Positions 13,038-25,560 of a DNA stretch of 64,000 nucleotides are shown here, in pieces. A model generated the notes under the pieces. The model searched no databases. It was not told the origin of the DNA and saw only the letters and a program-made list of their open reading frames with translations. This DNA is from Eledone cirrhosa. Lineage: Eukaryota. How positions within the stretch are numbered: position 1 is the stretch's first letter; each line of letters begins with the position of its first letter. A program made the position numbers and the translations under genes. Location of the stretch: positions 249,984,001 to 250,048,000 of the forward strand of contig OZ024742.1 in the NCBI GenBank assembly GCA_964016885.1, written 5' to 3'.

Positions 13038-14075
13038 AAAAATTGAACAGGGACAGAACAGAGAGGCAGTACGACAAATGCTTATTAGATTCACGCTCAG
13101 GAGTGTGGGGGGTAGGTGGAGGACGACGTTTCGGGCATAAGCCCTTCTTCAGGTAAGAGTTCAAAAGGTGTGTAGGGGAGTGGTGGAGAGACATATAGCG
13201 AAAGGAAACGGTGCGAATGAAAAATTAACAAATAAAGACAAAAATATAATAAATAATAAATAAAAATAAAGCATGATCAAAATACAAGGAATGAGAACAT
13301 TTAAAAATAAAGGCATGATCAAAATAAACTGAAATTAAAAGGGCGGTAAACAGGTGGTGGAAGGGTGTGGGGTGAGTAGAGGTGGAGGCGGGTGGAGTGG
13401 GGAGAGGGAGACGGGGTGTCCGAGCGGGGAGGGCTGAAGGTAGTGTGTGTGGTTAGGTGTGCGTGTGTGTGTGCGTGTGTGTATGTGAAAGTGAGGGTTG
13501 GGGGAAGAACGGGGTTGCATGTTCAGGAAGGTGTGTGTGGGGGGTGTTTTTGTGTGTCGGAGGGTCTGTGCGTGTGTGGATAGGGGGTGGGGGGGAGAGG
13601 ACTCAAGGGGCTGAGGGTGTAAATATGTGGTGGGAAGCACGTGTGTGTGGTTTAAGCGTGTTGTGGGTGTGGGTGGCGTGTGGATAAAAAAAATTTGTTT
13701 TGGGATGTGTGTGTGGGTGAGTTATATAGGTGATGGTGTTAGAGGATGGTTGAAAGTGGTAAGTTACACGGATGTATGGAGATTTTGGTTGGAAGTCAAA
13801 ACGCGTGTGGGTAATCCAAGAAGCGGTGGTCGGAAGAGGAGAGATGTGGGGTGCGCGCGCAACAGGAAGTGGTCAGCAGTGGAAGTGCTCTGGTCAGTGG
13901 TGCTGAGACAGTGGTCGGAAGGGCATAGCAGCAGTCAGCGGAATGGTAGGAAGGCGAGGATGGGTAGGTGTGAGAGTTGGAGTGAGGAGGGTGTGTGTGT
14001 GTGTGTGTGTGTGTATTAGTAGGGGTGTTAGTGGGATGAGTGAGTGTGGAGTGGGAATATCCAATTATATATATG

Positions 14076-14112
<37 letters not shown>

Positions 14113-14121
14113 ATATATATA

Positions 14122-14187
<66 letters not shown>

Positions 14188-14449
14188 TATAATTGGATAT
14201 TCGTGTACAGATATTTTTGCATACACAATAACAGCACCAAAAATAACAACAAAAAAGTGAGGGAACGCAATTTTATGCTTTTGAAATATCTTAATGGAAA
14301 AGTATTTGCCTAATCACCCAAGGCGACTTCACTTTTTAATAGGATTTCTGCATCAATTGGTGAACATACGATGAAACTGTTTCAGAAAGGATGGATAAAC
14401 ATGCCAATCTATGTTTAGGGACCCGAGCAACGCCGGGCCATTCTGCTAG
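12513..14449 (+). mobile_element. Non-autonomous Helitron unit 2 with nested insertion
   Basis: Same TC start directly after CTAG; ends CCCGAGCAACGCCGGGCCATTCTGCTAG|T; shares internal segments with 7521-8808. Confidence 0.75.
13033..14065 (-). mobile_element. Penelope-derived non-coding fragment with HHR core, nested in (TA)n
   Basis: Minus strand 13122-13152 CUGAAGA-A-GGGC-UUAU-GCCC-GAAA-CGUCGUC; C-rich strand; (TA)n on both flanks. Confidence 0.55.
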
Positions 14450-14548
14450 TTTAACATTATAACATTTAACATTGAATCACTAACCATCGACCATGCTTTG
14501 CTTCGGCTATAGGCATCTAATATATTATATCATTCTCCACTATTCTTA

Positions 14549-14606
<58 letters not shown>

Positions 14607-14979
14607 AACAAGACCATGTAATTACTCTATTACCCAAGTTTCACGAAGTTAGACGATTCTAACAGAAGCATCTGATATCGTTCATTCAAAGGAGTCTTTA
14701 TTTGGATACAATTAAAATCTATTACCTAGAGACATAGAGAAATAATTAAATGGATAATAGATTTTAATTTCATATCTTCTAACTTCGTGAAACCTTGTGT
14801 AATGGAATAATTATATTGTATTGTTTTATTACATAATTAAATACCTACGTACTATACATAGAGCACTCTTCTTTCCTTTACCTTTTCCACGGAAATACTT
14901 AACATATATATATATATATATGTGTGCGTGTGTGTGTGTGCGTATGTGTGTGTATGGATATGTATGTATATATATACTG

Positions 14980-15207
<228 letters not shown>

Positions 15208-15311
15208 TACGTATCCTAAACAGACCTGTTTTTCTGCATTTTTTATTCGTTTCTGCCACTGCTCACTCTCCTCAATCTTTCTATTTCTTCTTTAGTTCCT
15301 CATTCTATTTT

Positions 15312-15345
15312 CTGATGAAGGACTAGCGTCAGAAACGTTACGTTT
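15312..15345 (+). ncRNA. Degenerate minimal hammerhead motif
   Basis: CUGAUGA-AGGAC-UAGC-GUCA-GAAA-CGUUACGU; stem I absent. Confidence 0.5.
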
Positions 15346-15782
15346 CTTTTCCTACAATATCGAGCGTAAACATATCAAAATATGTTGTTTGTTTTGTTAT
15401 TGGTGTTTACTTTTTGTATTTATATATATGTAGTAAAATATTGGTGGAGTTTGAAAGGGTAAAAGGAAAACAGGGTTCAGAAAAAGAAAAAGCGTTAAGA
15501 TTTTTATGATAATATTGAACGTAAACGATACAATTATTTCAAACTAAATATAATAGTGGTAGTAGTGTGAGTGTGTTGATATGATATAAAGATTTATGAT
15601 GATACCGTAATTGGAATCAAACCACGCAATTGGTGAATCTCGATCAGTCAATCACAGTAAACCACTAGGCTATGATAACCCGACAGATTTTAACATCAAA
15701 ATCTGCGTATATATACATACGTACATATATATATATCGACACACACACATACACACATACACACTTACGCACACACACACAC

Positions 15783-15887
<105 letters not shown>

Positions 15888-16167
15888 CATACATACATAT
15901 ATATGCAAATATATATATATATATATACATGCATATATATATATATAAATACATAATCGGAGAAAACTAAAAGCGATACATATATATATATATATATATA
16001 TACATGCATATATATATATATATACTTATATACGAAACACCTCATAGATCGGCAGGATCATATGTTAAACGACGACAACAACAACAACAATCGCAATGAC
16101 TACGTCTTCTTCAATTTCAGTATATTTTGTGTGTGGGTTCTTATATATATATACATATATCTATCTC

Positions 16168-16227
<60 letters not shown>

Positions 16228-16539
16228 CCTGTATGTACCTGCGTGTATGCGTCTTACGCCACAAGCCGTTCACCACAAAGCTAACATGATAATGTGTTGA
16301 GATGTGCTCATTTGGTAGTATCTGTGATAATTGGTCCGTGATGACAGCTCTATGCAACAGGATGACAATACTGATAGTAATATGACGTAAAGACGTGTTA
16401 AATGCTTGGCTCTAATGGTGATAATAGCCAAGATATAGCTGCGAGAGGGACGTATCGAATTTTGCTTTTCGCCTCTGATATATACACATACATATATACA
16501 AAAACATATTGGCACTCCGTTGGTTACAAAGATGAGTGT

Positions 16540-16832
16540 GCCAGTTGATACGATCAACAGAATAGTCTGCTTGTGAAATTAATGTGCAACTTGCTGAGCA
16601 TTCCACTGTAACGCATATGCTTCGTATAAGGGATTAGGTCTCAAGGGGATTCGGCATAACACAGGATGTGACTAAGCAGGCCTTTCTAATTACAGCTACA
16701 ACACATTATTTCCCGGGTGAGTGGATTGGAGAAACGTGAAATAAAGTGTCTTGCTCAATGTCATAATGCGCCGCCGGAAATTGATTTCACGACTTTACGA
16801 TCGTGTGCTGAATACACTAACCACTAAGCTTC
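16540..16832 (-). mobile_element. tRNA-derived SINE (family B)
   Basis: Revcomp starts GCTTAGTGGTTAGTGTATTC, then TTGAGCAAGACACTTTATTTCACG; similar to 1258-1490. Confidence 0.6.
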
Positions 16833-16878
16833 GTGACTTCAGACAGATACATGCGCAGAGGTACATACATATGAATAC

Positions 16879-16989
<111 letters not shown>

Positions 16990-17974
16990 GGCATACACAC
17001 TTACATACATATGCAGCTATATACACATAGATACAATATATATACATATATATATTTCAGTTTAACTACTCTTGACAGCCGAATTGACTGAAGAGACAAC
17101 TGAGGTACAATAGTTGATGCAGCGGGTTTCGCTGGCTGTTTTCCGTAGCAATTCTTTCTCCACTGCGAGGTGCCGCTCCTGAGATACACTGCCCAGCCAA
17201 TGGTGCGATGGTTTCGCCACTCCCAATTTCTCATTCCCATTTAGATATTTAAAATAATATATTTCCCTGTTTTTCTCTTTCGTTTTTCCAATTTTGAGAA
17301 TAGTTTTCTTAAAAATAAATCTCATGAATTAATTACAATAATTCCTATCTTGGCATCACTCCTGGTGTTCGTGTGTTCTTTGAAGAGCAACAATCTCTTG
17401 ATGATTTCTTCTCGTTCATCAAAGAAACCGTTAATTGGAGAGACATGGTGCGCCAGAAAAACGATTTAACTATTACACAGATCATTGCGTCAATGTAATT
17501 CATTATAACAATAAGAAATTGTTAGATATGAAAAGAAGAAATAGGCTTGGCAATGGTAGATATCTATGATAAGGAAATCTAAAAGAAACCATGTGATAAG
17601 TCTAACGAAAAGCTTTATTGCTGTTTGTGAGAAAGCAAAATTCTTATAAAACAATGATGATGAAGTCAAGACAACTGTTGTTGGGGAAGAAAGGCGTAGA
17701 GCCAACAGATACCACCGCCGCTGCACCATATGTAAATGTTGGGATGGGTGGGCTGCATTGTTTCACTATATGCGTACCACACACACTCATATGCACACAC
17801 CGTTACACGCTTACAGAATTACGCACTGTCACACAGACAAGCACGCAGCTAGATTTTTACATATATCATATATGTGAGCATAAATGTCCCCATAGAAAAA
17901 TGTATAGACATACATATACACACACACATGTGTGTGTATGTATATGTATATGTATATATATATATACCATACAG

Positions 17975-18034
<60 letters not shown>

Positions 18035-18215
18035 TTATATATATATATATATATATTTGAAAAGATGGCTTTTGCAGGCCCATCGAAACCGGTCATTTTT
18101 TATACCCTTTATTATTTCCTTACCTTATAAAATTATATGTTTTTTCACAAAAAAGTATTCTGTCTCTTATATATTCCATGTGCCATTACCAACCTCAATT
18201 TTCTCTATATAGATG

Positions 18216-18248
<33 letters not shown>

Positions 18249-18297
18249 GTATATATATGTATATATATATATATATGTATATATAGATATATATATG

Positions 18298-18332
<35 letters not shown>

Positions 18333-18551
18333 GTATATATATATATATATATGGATTGGGATTAAATATTAATTTAAGACTAGTAAGACTATTAATAAAT
18401 TTAGTACTGCGTAATTTAAAGAATCTACTATATTACTAATATTTAATGCATCTAAAGCCTAAGGCTTCACAGTAGGGTTTGCTTGTATTAAAGTACATTT
18501 ATGTGGCGCGTGGGGGTGATGTATAAATGTGTGTGTATGGTTGTATTGTAT

Positions 18552-18680
<129 letters not shown>

Positions 18681-19173
18681 ATATATTATTGTACAGAGAA
18701 CAAAAAAATAGAAGTCAGATGTAGGTAGTTAGTTAGTTCATAGTTTTACGATAATTTCAGAGGGTCGATTGAGACCAATGTATCGACTAGCATGGTAGTG
18801 GTTAAGTAACTATATATTTCTAGTCTCGAAATCCCTGTTCATTTTTAAATGATCCCCGCCAGAAACGAATTCAATGGGGTAGAAACGTAATCTTGGTATG
18901 TTTATATACATTTTTTCTTCTAACTTTGATTTTATACCTAATTATGTATGGTTGACGATATATTTAATAATTTCCACGTGCTATTGAAATGCTGGGTAAA
19001 TAAGTTGTTGATCGCGTATTGATGGCTGTCGTTTATTTATCTATTATTTCTTCATAGGTGCCTTTTAAACCTATAGCCTGGTTTAATTGGTTTTTTGTGT
19101 GGTTGATTATGCTGATTGGGAGAGGAGATGGTGTATATATTTTATCAAATGATTCTATGGACATACTTTACGG

Positions 19174-19240
<67 letters not shown>

Positions 19241-19983
19241 GTACATAGCCATATGAAAGTTGTTTTGTGGGGTTGAGTTAAGATTAAATCATTAATGTAA
19301 AAATAAGCGGAAGACTGAAGCTGACGTTAAGGCCTAATTGGAGAATTATAATTTCGAAAATGTTATTTCCTGAAGGAATTCTCTCTCTCTCTCTCTTTCT
19401 CCCTCTCTCCCTTTCTCCCTCTCTCTCTCTCTCTATCTCTCTGCACACGCACACATTCACTTCACACCACACACACACACATATATATATATGTAAAAAG
19501 GAAAATGAAGCATCAGTGTTTATTCGGAAGTCACGTAATAAATTGAGTCACTGATTCTTCGTTTTCCATTTTACCATACTCTGCTCCTTAGGATCATAGA
19601 GTGCTCAACCGACATACCGCATATGGACGCACATATACAGTAGTAGAACACTGGGACGTTTTGTCCATAGTAAGTAGACTTCTCAGTCCATCGAATTGAA
19701 AATCCCTAAGGTGAAACATGTGCCCTTGAAGATGGTTTGCTAACTGTTGTGGAACTAACTTTATATATATTTATATACAAATGGAAGTACAGCATATTCG
19801 AGGCTCGAGCCGCAGCTAAGCCGACGAATGCACTCAGTAGTACAGCCAAGCACTCGACAATGTATAAAACCTCAGAGTAATAACATACAGTTTAAAGGGA
19901 TTTGCAGATAGCGACCGGTATTTCAGCCGCGGGGGCCGTAGCAACGAAAGAACTGACTCGCGAGAAAAAATACATACATATAT

Positions 19984-20048
<65 letters not shown>

Positions 20049-20051
<3 letters not shown>

Positions 20052-20326
20052 TGGCACGATGTTGTCCTCCTCCACTCACTCCGCTGGGTCCAGTCTTCGC
20101 ATGCAGGGGCAGGCATCCCCTATCTAACTCCGCAGGGGGGGGGGGGGGTTCAGACACGTAGGCCAAGGCGGTTTACCGGGGTGTGACCACTGTCGCATGT
20201 TACAGCTTCTTGGGGCCACAGGTGAGACTGGGTGTCAGGTGGGACCCAATGCAGGACGAGCTGTCCTGAAAAGGGCATGGCTAGCCCTCCCTACAGAGGT
20301 ACATGCCCCTCCCTGACACCTCAGGT
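20049..20326 (-). mobile_element. GC-rich fragment resembling an RTE LINE 5'UTR
   Basis: Revcomp CTCACCTGTGGCCCCAAGAAGCTGTAACATGCGACAGTGGTCACACCCCGG resembles RTE 5'UTRs as I recall them; not database-checked. Confidence 0.45.
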
Positions 20327-20387
20327 ATATACACACGCATATACATACACATCCATATGTACATGTGTATATACGTATTTACACATA

Positions 20388-20539
20388 TTTGGATGGCCGT
20401 TGGCTCTTATGATTTCTTCAGCCCTTTGTCAGGTTTTGTTTTTTATCCTGCAGGGTGTCCAAAATCACCATCCTCACCAAGTAAACTTGGTGGGGTTGCC
20501 AGTTTAGTCGCTGATGAACCGACCATGCGACAGGTTGTA
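20388..20539 (-). mobile_element. 5' part of the non-autonomous RTE-derived element
   Basis: Revcomp ACAACCTGTCGCATGGTCGG...GGCCATCCAAA aligns with 37242-37393. Confidence 0.75.
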
Positions 20540-20661
20540 CTGATTTACATATTACCAGTAGCTCTCAAGAGTGACCTGACATATATATATTATAGTTAAA
20601 ACAGAAAACAAAGTGTACAAAGTGTTAGTATTAGGTTCACGCTTGAGACTAGGGCGTGAGG

Positions 20662-20692
20662 AACGAGGTTTCGAACATAAGTTCGTCATCAG
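20662..20692 (-). ncRNA. Minimal hammerhead core in a PLE-like terminal fragment
   Basis: CUGAUGA-C-GAAC-UUAU-GUUC-GAAA-CCUCGUU; stem I not paired. Confidence 0.5.
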
Positions 20693-20824
20693 CAGAAAAT
20701 TGGGCAGGAAAAGAGTTCCGAGTGTTGTAGGGGGAGTGGTGGAAAGAGATTAAAGGGGGGAAGGGGATGAGAAAAATTTAAAAAGAGAAAAAAAAATGAA
20801 ACAAGTGTTGAAAGGGTGTGAGGC

Positions 20825-20948
<124 letters not shown>

Positions 20949-21165
20949 CGTTTCTGAATTTATTTAGCAAGATTCTTTATCTGAAAACGTGTTTTGAAAC
21001 CGATATTGTTATACTTTGGGAGGGTCATGTTGCCAATAAGAAACACACGCACCAGTTGCATTCACTCCAATTTATTAAAATCTGCAAATGGCTTGCGTAA
21101 GCTCATGCAGTGCTCGCGTACGTTAAGGAGAGATTGCATGCTTTCCAACAGACAAGTCTGGCAGA

Positions 21166-23225
21166 ATGTCGGTTGATAGTCTGTCAAACTACATCCAGGC
21201 TATGCAGCCCCACATCACTAACACAAGAGAAGTAACAACACAAGAGCATGAGGATAGGGAGATAACCCTCAATGCCCATATAATGATGTGGACAAACATG
21301 ATGCAGCCCAATAAAAGGACTACCAACAACTTCCAGGCCTGGAACAAAGACGTGGCTGCGCTGTATGGGCTTCGAAAAGACCATAAGACGAACAGTGACC
21401 CTGTCACAGGACCACCAACACGGCCAGTCTGTGGAGCTAACATTGCTAGTAACTACAGACTTTCCTACTTCCTCTCTCTGATCTTACGCGCCATCATTGA
21501 AATGTCCCCAGATATATGTGACAGCACGGAAGACCTCCTCAGCAGAATCAGCAAAAATAACCGATCTAGGGACCTAACATACTGTATAATAGATAGTATG
21601 GATGTTGTGTCCCTATATCCATCTATTGACGTAGATTTTGCTGTGGATAAATGCGTAGAAATGATCAGTGAGAGAAATGTTGAATTCCGTGGGATTGATA
21701 CCAGTGAGCTGGGACTCGTACTTAAACTTACTTATAGTAATGATTATCTAGATACGTATGACCTTAGCAACATCTGCCCTACAAGACCAGCAGACCGCCT
21801 ACCATTACCTCAATGGCCAAGAAAACCCACACAGAAAGATGGAACGGGTGGACTAGAGCCATACGGACCCCCGAAAACCACGATGAACTAAAGAAAATGA
21901 TTGCACATGCGGTGGGGGCTAGTAAAAAACTAAGCCTTAAGGAACATATGTTCAAATTTAATGGAAGAACATATGCCCAAGAGAAGGGAGCAGCAATTGG
22001 TGTTAGCATTTCAGATGACATAGCTAACCTATTCATGGTATGGTGGGACAATCAACTTAAATTTAAACTTAAAGAACAATTAGAAGACAGCAACCTAGTA
22101 ACCCTGATAATGTACTCTCGCTACGTTGATGATATAAACATGGTAGTAAAAACACCCCCACTAGAGAACAGTCAGGAATTAGAGAAAAAACACCATGGAA
22201 AGCATCCAACAAATAGCTAACTCCATCCACCAGAGTATTAGAGTTACTATAGACTACCCAAGCAAACACCCCAACCATCGATTACCTGTACTAGATACAG
22301 AGCTCTGGTTAGAAACCATTAACAACAAAAAACAAATCCTCCATTCCCATTATGCCAAACCCATGACTTCCAAATATCTGATCCACCGAAACTCGATCAC
22401 ACCAAAATCAACATACTGATTGCGGATTTGGTACGGGTGATGAGAAACGTGTCCCGCATTTGCAACCCCAAAGAACTAGAGAGACACATACAACACTTCA
22501 TCCACCGTATGCAGTTCTCTGGTTATAAACATAGAGATAAAATCAGAGTGTATAGAGGAGCCAGAACCAAATGAGAAAAAATGGTAAATAATGATACAAA
22601 TGGGACCTGCCCCTTGTATAGGAGCAAATGTTGGAATAGAATAGAAAGAATTAGGAATAAGGTTAACTCATGGTATGATAGCAATAAATACCAGAGTGTA
22701 ATGTTCATTAATACAACCCCTCGAGGTGAATTAGCTTACAAATTTAGAAAGGGCCTAGATAAATTTAAACTTAATATTAAGATAGTAGAAAGACCAGGTA
22801 CCTCCATAAAAACACTTATTAGTAATACATACCCTTTTCAAAGACCTCCCTGTATAGATAAGAAATGCATAATCTGTAAACTAAGCCCCCATATTAAGTG
22901 TAAAACTAGAAACGTAGTATATAGCATAAGATGTACTGAAGGACAATGTAAAGATAAGAATATAGGTGAGACAGCTCGTAGTATAGGAGAACGGTTAACT
23001 GAACAGTGGCGAGAGCTTCAAGATAAAAAAGAATCATCTGTACTCCACCAACATGCTAAAATAGAACATAAGGGCAAATTAGAGAACATAGAAATAAAAA
23101 TAAAATCTACACACAGAAAAGACGCAATGTTTAGACAAATCACAGAGGCAATAAACATAAATGAACTCCAACCAAAATTAAATAGAAAACATGAATGGAA
23201 TAGCATCATCACAACTTACAATTGA
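21166..23225 (+). pseudogene. Penelope RT/GIY-YIG ORF broken by frameshifts and stops
   Basis: LYGLRKDHK, GPPTRPVCG, SMDVVSLYPSID, QEKGAAIG, RYVDDI, LPVLD, NVVYSIRC...NIGETARSIGERLTE across 4-5 frame segments. Confidence 0.92.
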
Positions 23226-23418
23226 GTACAAAATGAAAACACACACACAGAATAAACAACCAACCAGTAACATGTAAATAAACAAATAAATAAACAAATA
23301 AAAACACACACCGACACCCGGATGTAGCACATGCGCAAACTAAACACACAACACACACAAAAACAAGATGGCGTAGGACAGAACAAAGGAGAGGCACAAA
23401 ACAAAGAAAAGAATCCCA

Positions 23419-23461
23419 GTCACTGAAGAGGTCACAGAATGTGTGACGAAAGAACTTTGAC
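23419..23461 (+). ncRNA. Minimal hammerhead in the Penelope 3' region
   Basis: GTCA-CUGAAGA-G-GTCACA-GAATG-TGTGAC-GAAA-GAAC-UU-TGAC (stem I GTCA/TGAC). Confidence 0.7.
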
Positions 23462-23604
23462 AATATATGTACAACCGTCCGGTTGTAGAACCAACAAACC
23501 AACAGGAAATTTATAAATTTAAAATTTTTTTCAATTTATAATAAATTGGAGTGCAACAACTGGTGCGTGTGATTCTTATTGGCAACATGACCCTCCCAAA
23601 GTAT

Positions 23605-23671
<67 letters not shown>

Positions 23672-23676
<5 letters not shown>

Positions 23677-23878
23677 AGAGTCAGGACCCCGACGGCTGAG
23701 CTGCGGCCGTTTCGACAGCTAGATCCGAACTACTAGTTGGGATCTAGCTGTCGAAACACCCGGCTCTCAGCCATCGTGGTCCTGACTATTTTCCTATTAC
23801 CCACTCTACTACCCTAAGTATCGAGTACTCTGGTGCGTTATGGTCTACCTGGTTTTTTATCACACTGTCTTTGTTTTA
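23672..23878 (+). mobile_element. Fold-back PLE terminal fragment (family P), copy 1
   Basis: Imperfect palindrome 23675-23795 plus unique tail shared with 36791-37010 and 46236-46428. Confidence 0.75.
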
Positions 23879-23891
23879 TATATATATATAT

Positions 23892-24409
23892 ATACGATAT
23901 TAACAAATGGAAACTATATTTATAAAACCATATCTATTTTATTATACATATTTCAAGGATACCATGTTAAATTATGGTATGCTTTCATCAGACAAAATAC
24001 AATATGTACCAGTTTTATAAATAAATTTTAACATACCCTTTCTTTCTCAACTTTTCTCTCTCTCGGGTTTTCTCTCTCTCTCCGTCTTTTTCCTTCTCCG
24101 TAACACAATGACTTACTAAGATAAACAAATCCAATATCCTGATGTCTTCCAAAAGTAACGGTTGCCTTTTGAAAGGGTATGTTAAAATTTATTTATAAAA
24201 CTGGTATATATTATATTGTATTTTGTCTGATGAAAGCATACCATAATTTAACATGGTATCCTTGAAATATGTATACTAAAATAGATATGGTTTTATAAAT
24301 ATAGTTTCCATTTGTTAATATCGTATATTTACTCCAAATACTTGTCGAGTGCTTTATATCAGTTATAAAAATATTGCTTGTTGTATCCCAACAATTTAAG
24401 TAGAACTTT

Positions 24410-24412
<3 letters not shown>
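23892..24412. mobile_element. Inverted-repeat PLE fragment with HHR in both arms
   Basis: 23892-24042 is the revcomp of 24172-24327; HHR 23937-23997 (-) and 24221-24281 (+): CUGAUGA-AAGCATACCAT...ATGGTATCCTT-GAAA-TATGTA-UA. Confidence 0.8.
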
Positions 24413-24462
<50 letters not shown>

Positions 24463-24466
<4 letters not shown>

Positions 24467-24575
24467 GAGGTAAATATCTCACTGAGTACTAAGTACACAT
24501 AGAGATATATAGGGTGTCTATAATATAATTGTTGTTCTATGGTACTAATTCGAGATATTTACTTAAATGAGAAAC

Positions 24576-24623
<48 letters not shown>

Positions 24624-25512
24624 TGATGAGCAGAACAAACAAACATTAAACAATCCTTTAAATAAATTAAAAAATGATTTAAATATCTACCTGTTCATAA
24701 TGCTATTACCGGCGGTTTCCATTTACAAAAGATTGGAAATTCGGAGAATCTCCAACGGAAAGTAAATTTCATCAGATAGCTATTTCCTCCTATAGGACTT
24801 AAGTCCCACGGTTTGCAAATATAATGCCAACTACCAGCTCGTATGAGTTATGGCCGTTAAAGTGGCCCACACGTAAACCGGCCGCTAGTGAAAGCGGGAA
24901 TATTACAGACGTGTTGATGGCTTTGCTGCTAAAAAAATAGCAGTAAGCAACAACGAATTTTTTCTCTACATAAATTGGAGAATATATAAAAAAGAGGTAA
25001 ATATCTCACTGAGTACTAAGTACCCATAGAGATATATAGGGTGTCTATAATATAATTGTTGTTCTATGGTACTAATTAGAGATACCAGAACTATAAAAAT
25101 TGATGAGCAGAACAAACATTTAACAATCCTTTAAATAAATTAAAAAATGATTTAAATATCTACCTGTTCATAATGCCGGCGGTTTCCATTTACAAAGATT
25201 AGAAATTCGGAGAATTTTCAACACGTCTGTAATATTCCCGCTTTCACTAGCGGCCGGTTCACGTGTGGGTCACTTTAACGGCCATAACTTATACGAGCTG
25301 GTAGTTGCCATTATATTTGCAGACCGTGGGACTTAAGTCCTATAGAATGGAAATAGCTATCTGATGAAGTTTACTTTCCGTTGGAAATTCTCTGAATTTC
25401 TAATCTTTTGTAAATGGAAACCGCCGGTAATAGCATTATGAACAGGTAGATATTTAAATCATTTTTTAATTTATTTAAATGATTGTTCAATGTTTGTTTG
25501 TTCTGCTCATCA

Positions 25513-25520
<8 letters not shown>
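24463..25520. mobile_element. Direct + inverted pseudo-LTR PLE fragment with two HHRs
   Basis: 24463-24760 partly repeated at 24993-25222; 25221-25517 is the revcomp of 24620-24916; HHR 25356-25434 (+) and 24702-24780 (-): GCTAT-CUGAUGA...GAAA-CCGCCGG-UA-ATAGC. Confidence 0.85.

Positions 25521-25560
<40 letters not shown>

Larger units (their letters stand above)
21003..23611 (+). mobile_element. Penelope-like element (RT + GIY-YIG), decayed, with inverted terminal repeat
   Basis: 21003-21079 is the reverse complement of 23538-23611; RT and endonuclease motifs inside; HHR at 23419. Confidence 0.92.

Noticed and set aside
17087-17120. Other CUGANGA matches (17087, 29620-29652 on -, 55431)
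   Set aside because: No properly placed GAAA with pairing stems I and III; too decayed to call
22572-22575. In-frame TGA in the Penelope ORF as selenocysteine
   Set aside because: The element has several frameshifts, the position is not an obvious Cys site and no SECIS was seen; simple nonsense decay is more likely
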